Shown: positions 35,246 through 47,384, counted from the whole stretch's first letter. The stretch is 63,179 nt of DNA, filler included, from Dirinaria sp. TL-2023a (GCA_051941275.1; 47 parts of 47 records of this genome joined end to end with filler, not necessarily neighbours in it); one strand, 5' to 3'. Notes: generated from the letters alone by a model not told the origin. Program-made: numbers and translations.

Positions 35246-36828
35246 NNNNNNNNNNNNNNNNNNNNNNNNNNNNNNNNNNNNNNNNNNNNTTAATTAATTA
35301 ANNNNNNNNNNNNNNNNNNNNNNNNNNNNNNNNNNNNNNNNNNNNCTGTCAGGGATGTGCACGCAGAGTGCTGTATAAGAACAGAGCTTTCGAAGTCCTG
35401 AAAGACAAAAGCGGGAGCTAGCTCTAATCCCCATGAAATGAAGAATGTCACAGAACGCCGAAGTTTTATATGCTTCTCTCTCCCAACTCTATGTTTTCTA
35501 CGTTTTCTACAGATTATGTTACCTTATTGCATAAGGTAGGTGGGATTGTTATGGATGTAACTACGGTATGTGACGTATGTACTGTAATTGAGCACAAGAG
35601 AGAGAAAGAGAAGAAGAATCGGCACGAAGAATGTTGATTTTTTTTTCCTTTTTTAAAGCATGCGTGGTATTATCTTTTCGATGTAGCAAGTAAATGCTTG
35701 ATTAGGTGATGGTAATTTTTTGGATATGAGACCTATGAAGGAGTCTTTTTTTCCCCCTTTCCCTGGTCAATTAACTACCTAAGTGCTTGCTGTAAACTCC
35801 CGTGACCGGAACCGAAGACAGGAACCAGCAAGCTCTTTTTATTTGTTTTTTTGGCCTTTCTTTTTTCCTCCTAGACGGGAAGTTTTTTTGTTTCCCAATT
35901 CCGCGTTTTGGTTTTCAGTTTTCAGGTTTCAGCTTTTTTCTTTTTTCTTCCTTGAAATTGTTGTTGTTCCTGGTTGTTGGAGATGTTACGACACTGAGAA
36001 TATGATCAAACCCTCTAACTGTAGAGATTCCTCCTCCGACTTTTGGTATGCAGATAGTAGAACACCGAGAACTTCATTGCACTTACTGATGCCTCGATGG
36101 TGAAGTAGCTTCTTTCTAAGCAAACGGGTCGGGTAAGACGAGACTTACAAGATTTGTCCTACGGAGGCTTGCGCATTATTGCTACAACGGGTCTTTGAAC
36201 AAAAAAAGAAATGAAATCTTTCGCTACGAGGAGGATAAGCTCACCTGGAGCGAGGTCTGTGAGACGCTTGAGCTTCGTTGGTTCAGGGGTATGAGGACGA
36301 AGGTGCCAGAATAACCGGATAAGGGACGAGGCAAACCCGGCGATGAAAAGGAACTAGAGATATGCGGAGGATGGGGACAGGATGCGTTGAGGTTATCGTT
36401 GAACGTTGAACGAGGAGTAGCGAGGCAGGAGGCGAAATCGGTTTCTAACGAAGCAAGTTAGGTAGAAAGAGAATGATAGTTGTGTTGAAGACCTAGGCTA
36501 TCGTAGGAGGCATGGTAGGACGACGAGGTAGATGAGACATCACAATCGGCGTGCGAGCGGACGATGGATACGGAGGAAGGGGGGGGGNNNNNNNNNNNNN
36601 NNNNNNNNNNNNNNNNNNNNNNNNNNNNNNNTTAATTAATTAANNNNNNNNNNNNNNNNNNNNNNNNNNNNNNNNNNNNNNNNNNNNCAAGTATCGTTGT
36701 TACATAAGAATTGTAGACAAAGCTAGAAATTGAAATGACTATATCGCTCTTCGAAACGTCACTCTCGAGAGCTATGCGTTTTTCGTCTGATCATGCTCAT
36801 GATCATGATCATGCTCTTTCTCTAATGA

Positions 36829-37928
36829 TCATTGATTTTTAGAGTCATTCGAGTTCATATAAATCTCGTGAATTCGATTGTTCTTGTCGCGATCGAGGCA
36901 GTTCTTAATCAAATGACTCAACTTTTCACATTCATAACAATGAGATTGTTTTGATGAATTGACGTTTTGACGTTGATTATCTGAGCGATATGATTCTGAT
37001 GACAATGTTCTAGATGAGAGAGCTCGATAGTCGATAAAGCGATTAAATGCGATAAAGAATCTAGACGTAAATGTAATACGCGATGCTGATCGTCGATTAT
37101 ATTCTGCTCTATTATAAATGAGATTGCGTTGTTTAATATCAATCATCTGCAAGAAATTCTTTATTTCGAATAGATTAGTAAACTTAGCATCTCTAATAAC
37201 AAGTACATTCTACAGCTTATATGTGATCTTTCGCTTCAAGTCTGTTATTAATTGCATCTCGAAATACTTAAGAATGCGGTCATTTTTAATCAATTTGGAG
37301 TAAAAGACATTGAATGACTCGATGCTCATTCTAAAGTGATGATACTCATGATTGACTTTCTTTTCTTTATTGACTTCATCATACACGCCTTTCAGTATCT
37401 CAAGGATCATCAGATAGTTTTGAAAATAAAGCTTGTTCGCAATACGATGTGCGTTAATATGAGTAACCGCCTCACCGTCAACGCGTTGCATAATATAGAT
37501 CGCTTTGACATCTTTCGAAGCGAAGTGATCCTTATTGAAGATTAACTTGTCGACTATCTTATTGGATCAATCCTCGTATATCGGGTCCTTGTCATCGATA
37601 AACACAGATGGATCAGACATTTTGACTGACCGTTGTACATGCGTCTGACTGCCTATTTGACTGTCTATTTGAGAGACATGAGATACTCCGCTCTGCGATA
37701 CTTCACGTTGTGCGCGAGCGGCAGCGAGCTCCGCAGTCAATCGTTCATTTTCGACTCTTAGTTTGTTATTTTCCTCATTCAGACGGGCATTCTCGTTCTT
37801 CGCACGATCGTGTCTGATCTGTAGTTTACTTCAATCGTTTCTTCATTTATTGACTTTCTCTCGGGACTGATTATAACGGCCTTGAGTCTCAATGACAATA
37901 TTATTGGCCTCGTCGCGCTTCTTAACTA
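36829..37928 (-). pseudogene. LTR-retrotransposon gag relic with CCHC knuckle
   Basis: KMSDPSVFIDDKDP.YED* region and CYECEKLSHLIKNC knuckle, with scattered stops. Confidence 0.8.
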
Positions 37929-38028
37929 NNNNNNNNNNNNNNNNNNNNNNNNNNNNNNNNNNNNNNNNNNNNTTAATTAATTAANNNNNNNNNNNNNNNN
38001 NNNNNNNNNNNNNNNNNNNNNNNNNNNN

Positions 38029-38217
38029 ATCTTGGGCAACACCTCCCAGGGTTCTCAGGGGTAATGCGCTAACCCGGGGTGTTTACCCGACACCCGCACA
38101 CACGCATATATACCCGGGACCCCTTATTGTATCTAGTTTTCCTTCTTCTTCCTTCCTTAGTGATAATATCCTTAGTTAACTATACCTGCATTGACTTGCT
38201 CTGCACCGGTCCTAACA
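38029..38217 (+). mobile_element. LTR, family A, partial
   Basis: Reverse complement of about 45724-45915, ending CCTAACA. Confidence 0.88.
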
Positions 38218-39012
38218 ATAAAATCTTGAGAACAAGTCAAAATGACTCTCGCGAGTTTATCTCTTTACTCGCTGCGATATGCGTCGATGAAATAGCACTA
38301 GCGTCTGCTTTAGTCTATCAAGAAGACACACACGATTTACAAAATATCTGATTTGAAGACTTTGATCATTCAAGCGAGAAAGCACACTTTGCTGTATTCA
38401 AAAAGAGCTGAATCAAGGAGAAACTAGAATTCTCGTGATTATCAACGATTTTTGAGTCAGCAATCAGAGCAAAAATCGACAATAGTAGACAAATGTTAAT
38501 CGTGAATGAATATTCAAGTTATCTTAATATGCGATTTATCGATTACTGCGACGAGCATAATATTCTACTCGCTATTTTGTCTTCGCATTCTACGCATCGA
38601 TTACGGTCTTTGAATGTTTCTATCTTCTCGTCGCTCGTTACTATCTATGCAAATGAAATCGACAAGTTTATACAGTTTAGTCAAGCTTTCTCTCGCGTCA
38701 CAAAACGCAGTTTTTGAGTATTTTTTCAAAAGACGTGAAAATCAACTTTAACTGCTTTAAATATTCTCTCAGAATTCGCCGTTACTAGAATTTGATCTTT
38801 AAATTCTACAGAAATTCTTTCAAAACTTCAAATCAAGACTCTCACTTCATGTTCAAGCGATAAGAAACTTAAGCGAAAGATTTCAAACTTTATACGAGAC
38901 GTACGTCGCGCTATTAAAGTTCTAAAAGAGAAGGATTCTGCCTTAAACTCTGAAGTCGATTTGATCGTTCGTGAAATGAAGAAACTCGTTGTCGAAAAAG
39001 ATATTTTGCAGC
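38218..39012 (+). pseudogene. pogo/Fot1-type DDE transposase relic
   Basis: MLIVNEYSSYLNMRFIDYC...LSSHSTHRLRSLNVSIFSSL corresponds to LLILDGH...LPPHSTHRLQPLDV. Confidence 0.9.
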
Positions 39013-39268
39013 TGTGACGACTTTAGAGGAATTTGGCCTCAGGAGCGTCGCACGGAGCCTCGTCTGCTTGAAAGACAAGATAGTTCTCGTGATAACTGAC
39101 CTCGTTTGCTATTGAAACGCGAGTTAGAGTCACGTCAACCTCGTTTAGAGCGTTTCGATAGAGTCTAGCGCGAGATCGAATTCAGAAATCAAGATAGCAA
39201 AGAGAGAGCAAGCGTATTCGAATGAAGAAACGAGTCGCTCATTTCTTTTAAGCTTCTCAGTTATTAGT
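39013..39268. mobile_element. Family G element, partial
   Basis: Reverse complement of about 42377-42632. A third fragment lies at about 18927-19030. Confidence 0.85.
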
Positions 39269-39369
39269 NNNNNNNNNNNNNNNNNNNNNNNNNNNNNNNN
39301 NNNNNNNNNNNNTTAATTAATTAANNNNNNNNNNNNNNNNNNNNNNNNNNNNNNNNNNNNNNNNNNNNG

Positions 39370-39624
39370 ACGGATGCCGATATCGACTATTCGGATATTC
39401 CGGCCCTCGATCAATCCTTTTTCAAGAAGGCTACGGAGGCATGGCCGCCGGCGAAACAGCAGCTGACCATCCGCCTCGATGCGGACGTTCTCGAATGGCT
39501 GAAAGCCAACGGACGGGGCTATCAGACGCGCATCAATCGCATCCTGCGCGCGGCGATGGAGAATCAACCGCTGCACGCCGCGCGGCCGCTGCGACGTGCG
39601 GCGGCACCGGCGAGACGTGTCTAG
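39370..39624 (+). CDS. brnA: BrnA-family antitoxin, bacterial, 5' truncated
   Basis: DIDYSDIPALD...KQQLTIRLDADVLEWLKANGRGYQTRINRILRAAM. Not in the ORF track. Confidence 0.9.
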   Translation, partial: TDADIDYSDIPALDQSFFKKATEAWPPAKQQLTIRLDADVLEWLKANGRGYQTRINRILRAAMENQPLHAARPLRRAAAPARRV

Positions 39625-39691
39625 CCGTTTCCATCGAACTTGCAGCGGCGAGGCGCGGGCCGCCTGATATGGGCAGTAGGATAAAGGGACA

Positions 39692-39869
39692 ATGGCACCC
39701 CTCGACTGGTCGCAATGCCCGACGTGGAGCGCATCCCCGGCAAGTCGGCGGCGTGTTGCTGTTCAAAGACACCCGGACGCCGGTTTCCATCGTCTTTGAA
39801 AATCTCGAAGCGGGAATGACCATTGACGAGATCACGGAGCAATGGAGGACTTCCTGGTTCAATATTTAA
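39692..39869 (+). pseudogene. DUF433-family antitoxin, frameshifted and truncated
   Basis: MAPLDWSQCP/DVERIPGK/VGGVLLFKDTRTPVSIVFENLEAGMTIDEI needs two 1-nt corrections. AAAGGGA RBS upstream. Confidence 0.78.
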
Positions 39870-39974
39870 CGATGTCGAGCAGAGAATTATAAATAGCATT
39901 GGTAGAGCAACTATAGTGCCTATCCCCCTTCTTTAAAAGTAAGTCACGATTTTAAGCAATATGATGAGCTTTTC

Positions 39975-40586
39975 ATGTTTTTTGGCCACGGCATTTCACT
40001 TGGAGAGGGCTGGGTAGCTAAATGGAGAGGCCCCGAGAACCTAATTCTTACGCGAGAACGGTTTGAGTATGAATTTTTCATACCAATTGGGAGGAGAGGG
40101 ATCCAAACAATCTATCTTTTAGATTTGCCCTGCTACTGGTCTAAACCAAAAAACACTCTTATTACTCCAGAAGAACGCAGGCAAATTATCGAAAAACTGG
40201 GGATGTTGGTCCAAAAAATTCCTCGGAAGCTTGTTATTTCCGATTTGCCAAATCCAAACAAACGAGTGTTCAAGCTGCCAGATCAAGGGAGCAAGCATTG
40301 TGGGTATATAGGGAAAGATGAATATTGCATTTCTAGAGAACAAGAGAATTTATATCTCTGTGACGGCCGAGGATTAAGATCATTTCGAATCACTAATAAA
40401 ATGACATGCGAAATGACCCAAAATAAGGGGAAATGGTGGTTGAAGATCGCAAATCCTGGGGAAGTAATAATCGATCAAGAAGTTCCGATCCGGAAGGGCG
40501 AGATGTGGATAGATACTTTTGCTTGGTATGTATGTCGAATCATCAAAGGAAGCCCTCAAGAAGAGTATCAATCCAGTTCTGATTGA
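39975..40586 (+). CDS. Bacterial hypothetical protein (203 aa), lower GC than its neighbours
   Basis: Complete intronless ORF. N-terminal half is reminiscent of Imm74-like immunity proteins. Confidence 0.65.
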   Translation: MFFGHGISLGEGWVAKWRGPENLILTRERFEYEFFIPIGRRGIQTIYLLDLPCYWSKPKNTLITPEERRQIIEKLGMLVQKIPRKLVISDLPNPNKRVFKLPDQGSKHCGYIGKDEYCISREQENLYLCDGRGLRSFRITNKMTCEMTQNKGKWWLKIANPGEVIIDQEVPIRKGEMWIDTFAWYVCRIIKGSPQEEYQSSSD

Positions 40587-40705
40587 CCATCCATGAGCAT
40601 AAAACNNNNNNNNNNNNNNNNNNNNNNNNNNNNNNNNNNNNNNNNNNNNTTAATTAATTAANNNNNNNNNNNNNNNNNNNNNNNNNNNNNNNNNNNNNNN
40701 NNNNN

Positions 40706-41942
40706 TTTTTCTGCATGTTCGTGAGAGACTAATCTTCATGTGCGTTTTGCTTCTAGATTCTCAACTTCAGATTCTAATGCTTTCTTGAATTCTGAGCATA
40801 GTGAGTGACGTAGCATCTGTTGAAAGGTTTTAGACTCTGATGATAGGTTGTCTCTATGAAGTCTAGCATCTTGCTCTATTGAGTTATTTAGTGCGGCAGT
40901 AAAGACTTCGATATATGTCTGCATGCTTCCAGTAGTAGCTTCATTTAAGATCGCACAGTATGTCTGACGTCTAGAATTTTTCTTGCGTGTGCGAGTTGAT
41001 CTTTCCGATAAGATATTATTCTCATTTAACAAGGTTCGACTATAATGCGGAGGTGCACGTGATAAAGTCGTAGGACCTGCATTCGTTGTCTGAGTTGGAT
41101 CTGCATCTGTTGCTTGAGGTGATTCCGAACTCGTAGAGAAAGAACTTGATGACGTAAGTGGCGTGTTGTCTTCTGAAGTTGTTGAAGCAGATGAGGACAG
41201 ATATTCTGATGTATCTTTCTTTGTTGCATTTGTTGTTTCTTCATGTGTCTGATCATCGCGTATAGTGTCTGTAGACGCTTCAAATAAGTCTTCGTCACTA
41301 TCGAAGTCAATTTCCGTGACTCTGATGAAGTTGTTTCGTGAAATATCGAGTGTATCATTTCGTAAGAAAGGCTCAGAGATCAGCTGTGCTGCATTTATTT
41401 CGTGTGACTTATAGCTGAAATTCTCGTCGAAAATCACGTCGCGAGTTCTTATGATTTTCTTCTGACTAGGAATTCAAATGAGGTAGATGTTTGTGTTATC
41501 GTATTCTACAAGGAAATCGATATGTGCTCTGATTCTCATTTTTTCGCGTCTGAATATTGTCTTATCAATTGAATATGCCTTTGTTTCAAACTGCACTAAA
41601 TGTGCTATGTTTGACTTCTTGTTTGTTGCCATTTCAAAAGGCGTTTTTCATGCATGCTTTTTAGATGAAGTGCGATTCATAAGATACTCGGCAGTTTGAT
41701 TAATTCATGGTCATAAGTAAATCGATAGTTCTGCTTGAGCTCTCATGGTTCTTGACTTAAAAATAAGTATACCTTCGATGCGTTCGCTATGATCGTTTTG
41801 AACAGATGTATCTGGTGCGAAAGATTTCATAATAATGTCTTTGCTTGCTCTGTAGATATCTCAATCGTTGTCTAGTGAACGCTCGTCATCGATTCGTACA
41901 AACACTATCTTGATCTCATATCTGATTTCAATCGTTTGTATG
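40706..41942 (-). pseudogene. Ty1/Copia integrase-to-RT linker relic
   Basis: HIDFLVEYDNTNIYLI*IPSQKKIIRTRDVIFDE motif and ALESEVENLEAKRT* at the RT start. Confidence 0.88.
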
Positions 41943-42042
41943 NNNNNNNNNNNNNNNNNNNNNNNNNNNNNNNNNNNNNNNNNNNNTTAATTAATTAANN
42001 NNNNNNNNNNNNNNNNNNNNNNNNNNNNNNNNNNNNNNNNNN

Positions 42043-42199
42043 AGGCGTGTTACCCGCATACCCGACCCCCTATTTGTTGCTTGCACCTCCTGTACTTATA
42101 CTTCTGCTTGTTCTGGTTTTTTCCTTCTTCTCTTCCTTATACTTAGTGTTCTGGTCTAGTAGTACCCATATGCCTATGAGCGCTGTGCAGGCCATGACA
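42043..42199 (+). mobile_element. LTR 3' part, related to family E
   Basis: Ends GAGCGCTGTGCAGGCCATGACA, like 7413-7434. Confidence 0.65.
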
Positions 42200-42202
42200 A
42201 TA

Positions 42203-42632
42203 TGTGACGGGTTTAGGGGAATTTGGTCTCAGGTGTGAGGTGAAAGACCTCGTTTAGGGGAGCTGCGTAGTAGAAACGAAGCTGCAGACGAGGCACAGAC
42301 ACACCGCGTGGACGCGGACGACGATTCTTGCTAATGAGTGAGAGAGACAAAAGAGTAGATTGCTTCTATTGCTAAGACTAATAACTGAGGAGTTCAAAAG
42401 AAATGAGCGACTCGTTTCTTCATTCGAATACGCTTGCTCTTTTTTTGCTATCTTGACTCCTGAATCCGATCTCGCGCTAGACTCTATCGAAACGCTTTAG
42501 ACGAGATTGACGTGATTTTAACTCGCGCTTCAATAGCAAACGAGATCAGTTATCACGAGAACTATCTTGTCTTTCAAGCAGACGAGACTTCGTGCGACGC
42601 TCCTGAGATCAAATTCCCCTAAAGTCGTCACA
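42203..42632. mobile_element. Family G element (~430 bp) with ~33-bp inverted termini
   Basis: Left TGTGACGGGTTTAGGGGAATTTGGTCTCAGG; right, reverse-complemented, TGTGACGACTTTAGGGGAATTTGATCTCAGG. Confidence 0.85.
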
Positions 42633-43279
42633 ATATGATCTTCGCAGACGGGTCAGTAATATTTTCTCTGAATTAGTTTCAGAGTTTTTTCTGTATCAAA
42701 GTGATCGATCAAAAGATTATCATGATTTTTGCGAATAAGTTCTTCTTTTACAGTCTCATTCTCGAGAACATAAAATCGATTTTCATGTCTAATTAAACTT
42801 TTTTGATCTAAAGATCATGTCTTAACTTGTCTGCGTCGATTCTGAAACGAATCAAAATCATAATCATCTCGATGATCAGTCGACTGATCTGTGACGCAAA
42901 ACTTTTTTGCTCATTTATTCTGTTCTTAAAATTTCTTAATTAAGAATTTCAATGATCTCGCTGAGTCTTCGTAAACGCTCTCTGACATGTTCTTAATAAC
43001 TCTTCGCGAGATAACGACTTGCATCTCAGCTAGATCAAACACAGAACTCAACTCAATGAATACTCTCTGTTTGCTTTGCGACAGCTTATTATTAAGTCTG
43101 TCGACAGCGTTAATTTCAACATCAGTTATCGAAAATGTATCGATCTGTGTCGAGTTGCGCTCTCTACGCGACGAATTTACGCTCGTTAATAATAACTTAT
43201 TCTGCAACGTTGACAGCAACGTGATGTTATTAATCGAGATCTCTTCATAATCGAGTCGTCTCGAAAACTCATCTGCAGA
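42633..43279 (-). pseudogene. Gypsy pol relic (RNase H end to integrase zinc finger)
   Basis: ADEFSRRLDY...HDNLLIDHF...RKYY. Homologous to 31313-31480. Confidence 0.87.
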
Positions 43280-43525
43280 NNNNNNNNNNNNNNNNNNNNN
43301 NNNNNNNNNNNNNNNNNNNNNNNTTAATTAATTAANNNNNNNNNNNNNNNNNNNNNNNNNNNNNNNNNNNNNNNNNNNNCAAAGCTACTCTGTTGCCATC
43401 AGGTCAAGGCAAGAACCTGTCATCAATTTTCATATCTTGAAGGACCCGGTTGAAGATCTTCAACGACCACCTCGTCCATTCATATCGTTCGCGTATCCAC
43501 AATTTATATTTCTAAATCCCTCAAA

Positions 43526-44497
43526 ATGGCAGCAGCTGCCGTAGCTGTCGGCGTCGACATCATCGGTGTGGTTTCAGGTGTTTTTGGCATCGTCCAATTT
43601 TTCCAGGGCGTTTTCCCTCCATCACCATCGTCCATCAATCGAGCCGGGGCATCCACAGTCCGCATTGCCGCTGGCATGGACGGCAAAGGCTTAAGTCAAG
43701 CCGAGGGCCCGATTGACGAGATTGACCTCTTCAACGACTATGAAGGTTGGATCGGTCACGCTACCTACTATCCCAAGGATAGCCAGATCGAATCCGGAAG
43801 CTTTACGGATTTTACCGTCGATTGCCATGGCCAACAACCGACCTACCTCCAAATCCGTGGTCGGGATGACGCAGTTTGCATTGCGTACATCACGCAGACC
43901 TGGCCAGATGGTACTCAACGCGGTTGGTCTGGCGACGTGGGCATGCAGTGTGGTCAGTCATACTGGGCATATTCCAATGTCATAGTCAGCGACGACGGCC
44001 ACAAGCCCGCCTGTACTTGGTTGGATGTAGATCATACTGGCGGAATCAAGCAAGCCGCTATGCAGATCCACATGCAGGACTTTACCAGTACAACCGTCGA
44101 CACCTCGAACACGACAAAATACTGCAGCGCACCAGCCATGGTCTTCGAAGACCACACGGAAGGTCTGCCGTGGAGCATTTGGAAGCGCAGCACCACGCAC
44201 GCCAAGCGAGAGACTGGCGTCTTGAAGCGCTCCGCAGCCATGTCCAACCATATCATCGGCAGCCAAGATGCGAGTCACAGCGCCCTGAAACTTTGCCAGT
44301 CACGCACGAGCTACGGCCCGGATTTCGTGTCTTTCTCCGAGGGCGTCTTCTGCGATATGGATACGAAGACGCCTTGGCCGCTGTGCTCGACTGAGAAGGT
44401 GAAGGATGACTGCTACCATTGGGACACGCATACTTTGATCACGAGCGGAGACCATCAGCCGAGGAACTATGGCAATGTGGTTGAGTGGGAGAAATGA
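43526..44497 (+). CDS. Cys-rich putative secreted or membrane protein (323 aa) with three clustered KR sites
   Basis: Complete intronless ORF with a hydrophobic N-terminal helix. DAVCIAYI..TWPDG...W.GD.G..CG domain, KR x3 linker and a Cys-rich C-terminal domain. Confidence 0.85.
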   Translation: MAAAAVAVGVDIIGVVSGVFGIVQFFQGVFPPSPSSINRAGASTVRIAAGMDGKGLSQAEGPIDEIDLFNDYEGWIGHATYYPKDSQIESGSFTDFTVDCHGQQPTYLQIRGRDDAVCIAYITQTWPDGTQRGWSGDVGMQCGQSYWAYSNVIVSDDGHKPACTWLDVDHTGGIKQAAMQIHMQDFTSTTVDTSNTTKYCSAPAMVFEDHTEGLPWSIWKRSTTHAKRETGVLKRSAAMSNHIIGSQDASHSALKLCQSRTSYGPDFVSFSEGVFCDMDTKTPWPLCSTEKVKDDCYHWDTHTLITSGDHQPRNYGNVVEWEK

Positions 44498-45723
44498 GTT
44501 GGTGTGTAGAAGATTATAGCTTAACATCCTATTGTACGTTAGCAGCGCTACTAGTCGCTTTCTCTATACAAATAAGTCTCTCAATCAATGATTCAATACG
44601 GCGAGCGCTCTTCCCNNNNNNNNNNNNNNNNNNNNNNNNNNNNNNNNNNNNNNNNNNNNTTAATTAATTAANNNNNNNNNNNNNNNNNNNNNNNNNNNNN
44701 NNNNNNNNNNNNNNNTAGGGGCAAGCAAGTTGAGAGAGTCAGCGAGGTGGGGTTGGTGGAAGCGGAGGATAGTATGATGGTTGTTAGTGATGCGGATGAG
44801 GAGTAGGGGCTTTTGCTTGGCTTTGGGTTTTTCTTGTGTTGTATTGAGTAGGGGATACATGGCATGGCATAGCACAGCATAGCGGGTGGCGTCTTTAGTC
44901 AAATAGAGTAAACATTCATTGATAGTTACACTCGCTCATATGAAGGAAGCATCGATTATCATCCATCAATCTTATCCATCCACCATATTAGAATAGAGCA
45001 GTAAATCCAGCAGTCCCTCCATCCCTCTCGGAGAGGAAAAAAAGCCCCCCATAGCAGCATTCCCATCGTTATCACCCTTTTTCTATCTCTATACAGACCA
45101 GCGTCAAAACTAGGTACAACCCCAGTATCCAATCCAATACCGCATAGCTTTGCCTGCACACTCTTCCCATCTATTCAAAAATTTACAGCAACGCCAAAAT
45201 TTAATCTGCGAAAAGAGGAGATGGAGAATGGGGGGGAAAAAAATTCTACCTCCATTATTATATGTAGAATTGATCAGGGGTATTAAATCGTGCTATGGGC
45301 TCTTGTTGTTGTATCATATTCACCTATGTATGTACTTTGTTTATTTGATTTCATGCGAGTTTTATTATTAGGTGAAGGTGAAGGTGAAGGTGAAGGTTAT
45401 GGAGTTTGTGGCTTAAGTCGGGAAGAGAGGGTATGGATTATGGAGTGATGGTTTTGTATTTTGTAGGGTTGTGTGGAATGTGGAAGGGGGGGATTTGCGT
45501 GCCCGCCTGTGGATCTTCTTTTGTATAATAAGAGGTAGTTACTTGGGACTGAAACAACAAACACCGGCTCAAATTTAATTTTTAAAAATACACAACCACA
45601 ACCACGATTATACTTTGCAAGAAACGCTCCAAATTACTCAGTAACTTCTAAGGTTTCAGATGACACCAATTATATATATGTAATATCAACATATATGTAC
45701 TATGACGAAGGAAACCCCGAGAA

Positions 45724-45941
45724 TGTTAGGACCGGTGCAGAGCAAGTCAATGCAGGTATAGTCAACTAAGATATTATCACTAAGGAAGGAAGAAGAAGGA
45801 AAACTAGATACAATAGGGGGTCCCGGGTATATATGCGTGTGTGCGGGTGTCGGGTAAACACCCCGATCGGGTTAGCGCATTACCCCTGAGAACCCTGGGA
45901 GGTGTTGCCCCAGGTAGTATACCAGGTGCATGCTCGTAACA
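45724..45941 (-). mobile_element. Intact-looking 3' LTR, family A (218 bp), with PPT
   Basis: TGTTA...TAACA termini. GGGAGGTAG purine tract on the minus strand at 45942-45950. Confidence 0.9.
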
Positions 45942-46050
45942 CTACCTCCCNNNNNNNNNNNNNNNNNNNNNNNNNNNNNNNNNNNNNNNNNNNNTTAATT
46001 AATTAANNNNNNNNNNNNNNNNNNNNNNNNNNNNNNNNNNNNNNNNNNNN

Positions 46051-46601
46051 GGCTCAACCAAAACATCCTCCTTCGTTCCCCACCTCCACCAAAGACTCAT
46101 CAGCGGCGCCTTCGCAACGGAAACCTCATACCTATGACCAGGCTCCAAGCCATCAACGCCGCACGCAAACACACTTCGTCTTGCGTGCTTCAATCGTTCA
46201 GCTTCTTCCCGCGTTCGCTGCGCTGCCGCTTTTGAAAGTGGTCTCACATCCTCGTTGCCGCGCGCAAATCGTGTGGAGACGGTTGTTCGGGCGTGAGGCT
46301 CGAGTGTGAGGAAGTATTGTTCGTCGCCTGACCCGCGGGCGCGAGAAAGGGGCATTCGCTGGACACGTACTGAGGTGGTTTCCACAGTTTTGTTGGCGGT
46401 GAGATCCCAAATTGGAAAGCAATCCTGGATCAGCCCTGTTTGGGGGTGGAAGGGTTTACTGTAGGAGAGGAGAGTGATGGGGCGGTCGCTATTTGAAGTG
46501 ATGGTCAAGGATAGCGTTGGAGGGTTTGGGTCGGAGTATGAGTATGTGGTTGGTGATAGGGAGAGTTCTACAGAGAGCTTGGGTGCTTGGGAAGTCGACA
46601 T
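46051..46601 (-). CDS. Hypothetical fungal protein, 3' truncated
   Basis: Open ORF of more than 180 aa (LSVELSLSP...GVDGLEPGHRY...WWRWGTKEDVL). Confidence 0.7.
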
Positions 46602-47384
46602 TGTTGCTGCTATGGGTAGAAGATTTTTACACCATGCGCAGAACTCTATCGTAATCGATTCTTGAGGAGTGGCGTTCTTCAGGTCAGACGAAGAATCGGT
46701 TTGTGCTTTTCTTGTACTTGAGGATTGTGGCTCATGTCGGACATGACGTGATCGACGATGAGGCTTCGAAACGGTTACATCAATTCCATAGCCTTGTGGC
46801 TTACTTACGTATACGCGTGGCTTTGCTGTTCTTCGCCACTCGCTCCTAGATAGAGATGTGTTGGCCTCGTTTTGTTTCGTTCCCCATCTCTTTCTTCTCT
46901 CGTTTATCTATATGTTGGTACGGAAAAAATACAAACGATTCAACACTTAGCAGAATCTTCCATGCGCAAGACCTGTTCTACAAGTGCACACTTTGAGTAC
47001 TGTAAAGATTGAAGGTAGAGCATCTTCAGCCTCAAGGTCGTCAAAAAATGCCAAGAATGCCAAGAACCTTGGCTGTCTTGGCTCATTTGAACTTCATCAA
47101 TCCTCTTGTTGCTCAATCCCCGTCATGGGATCACTGCATGCCTCTCTGAAAATACATGAAACGTAACAGTAGCACATACATACTGTCATACATCAGCTGA
47201 CAATTCTAAGAAAGGTGAAAAGGAACGCTCATAGAGAGCACCAGCGCTCAACTCAGCGTGTGATTGGCTGAATAATTTGAAGTCNNNNNNNNNNNNNNNN
47301 NNNNNNNNNNNNNNNNNNNNNNNNNNNNTTAATTAATTAANNNNNNNNNNNNNNNNNNNNNNNNNNNNNNNNNNNNNNNNNNNN

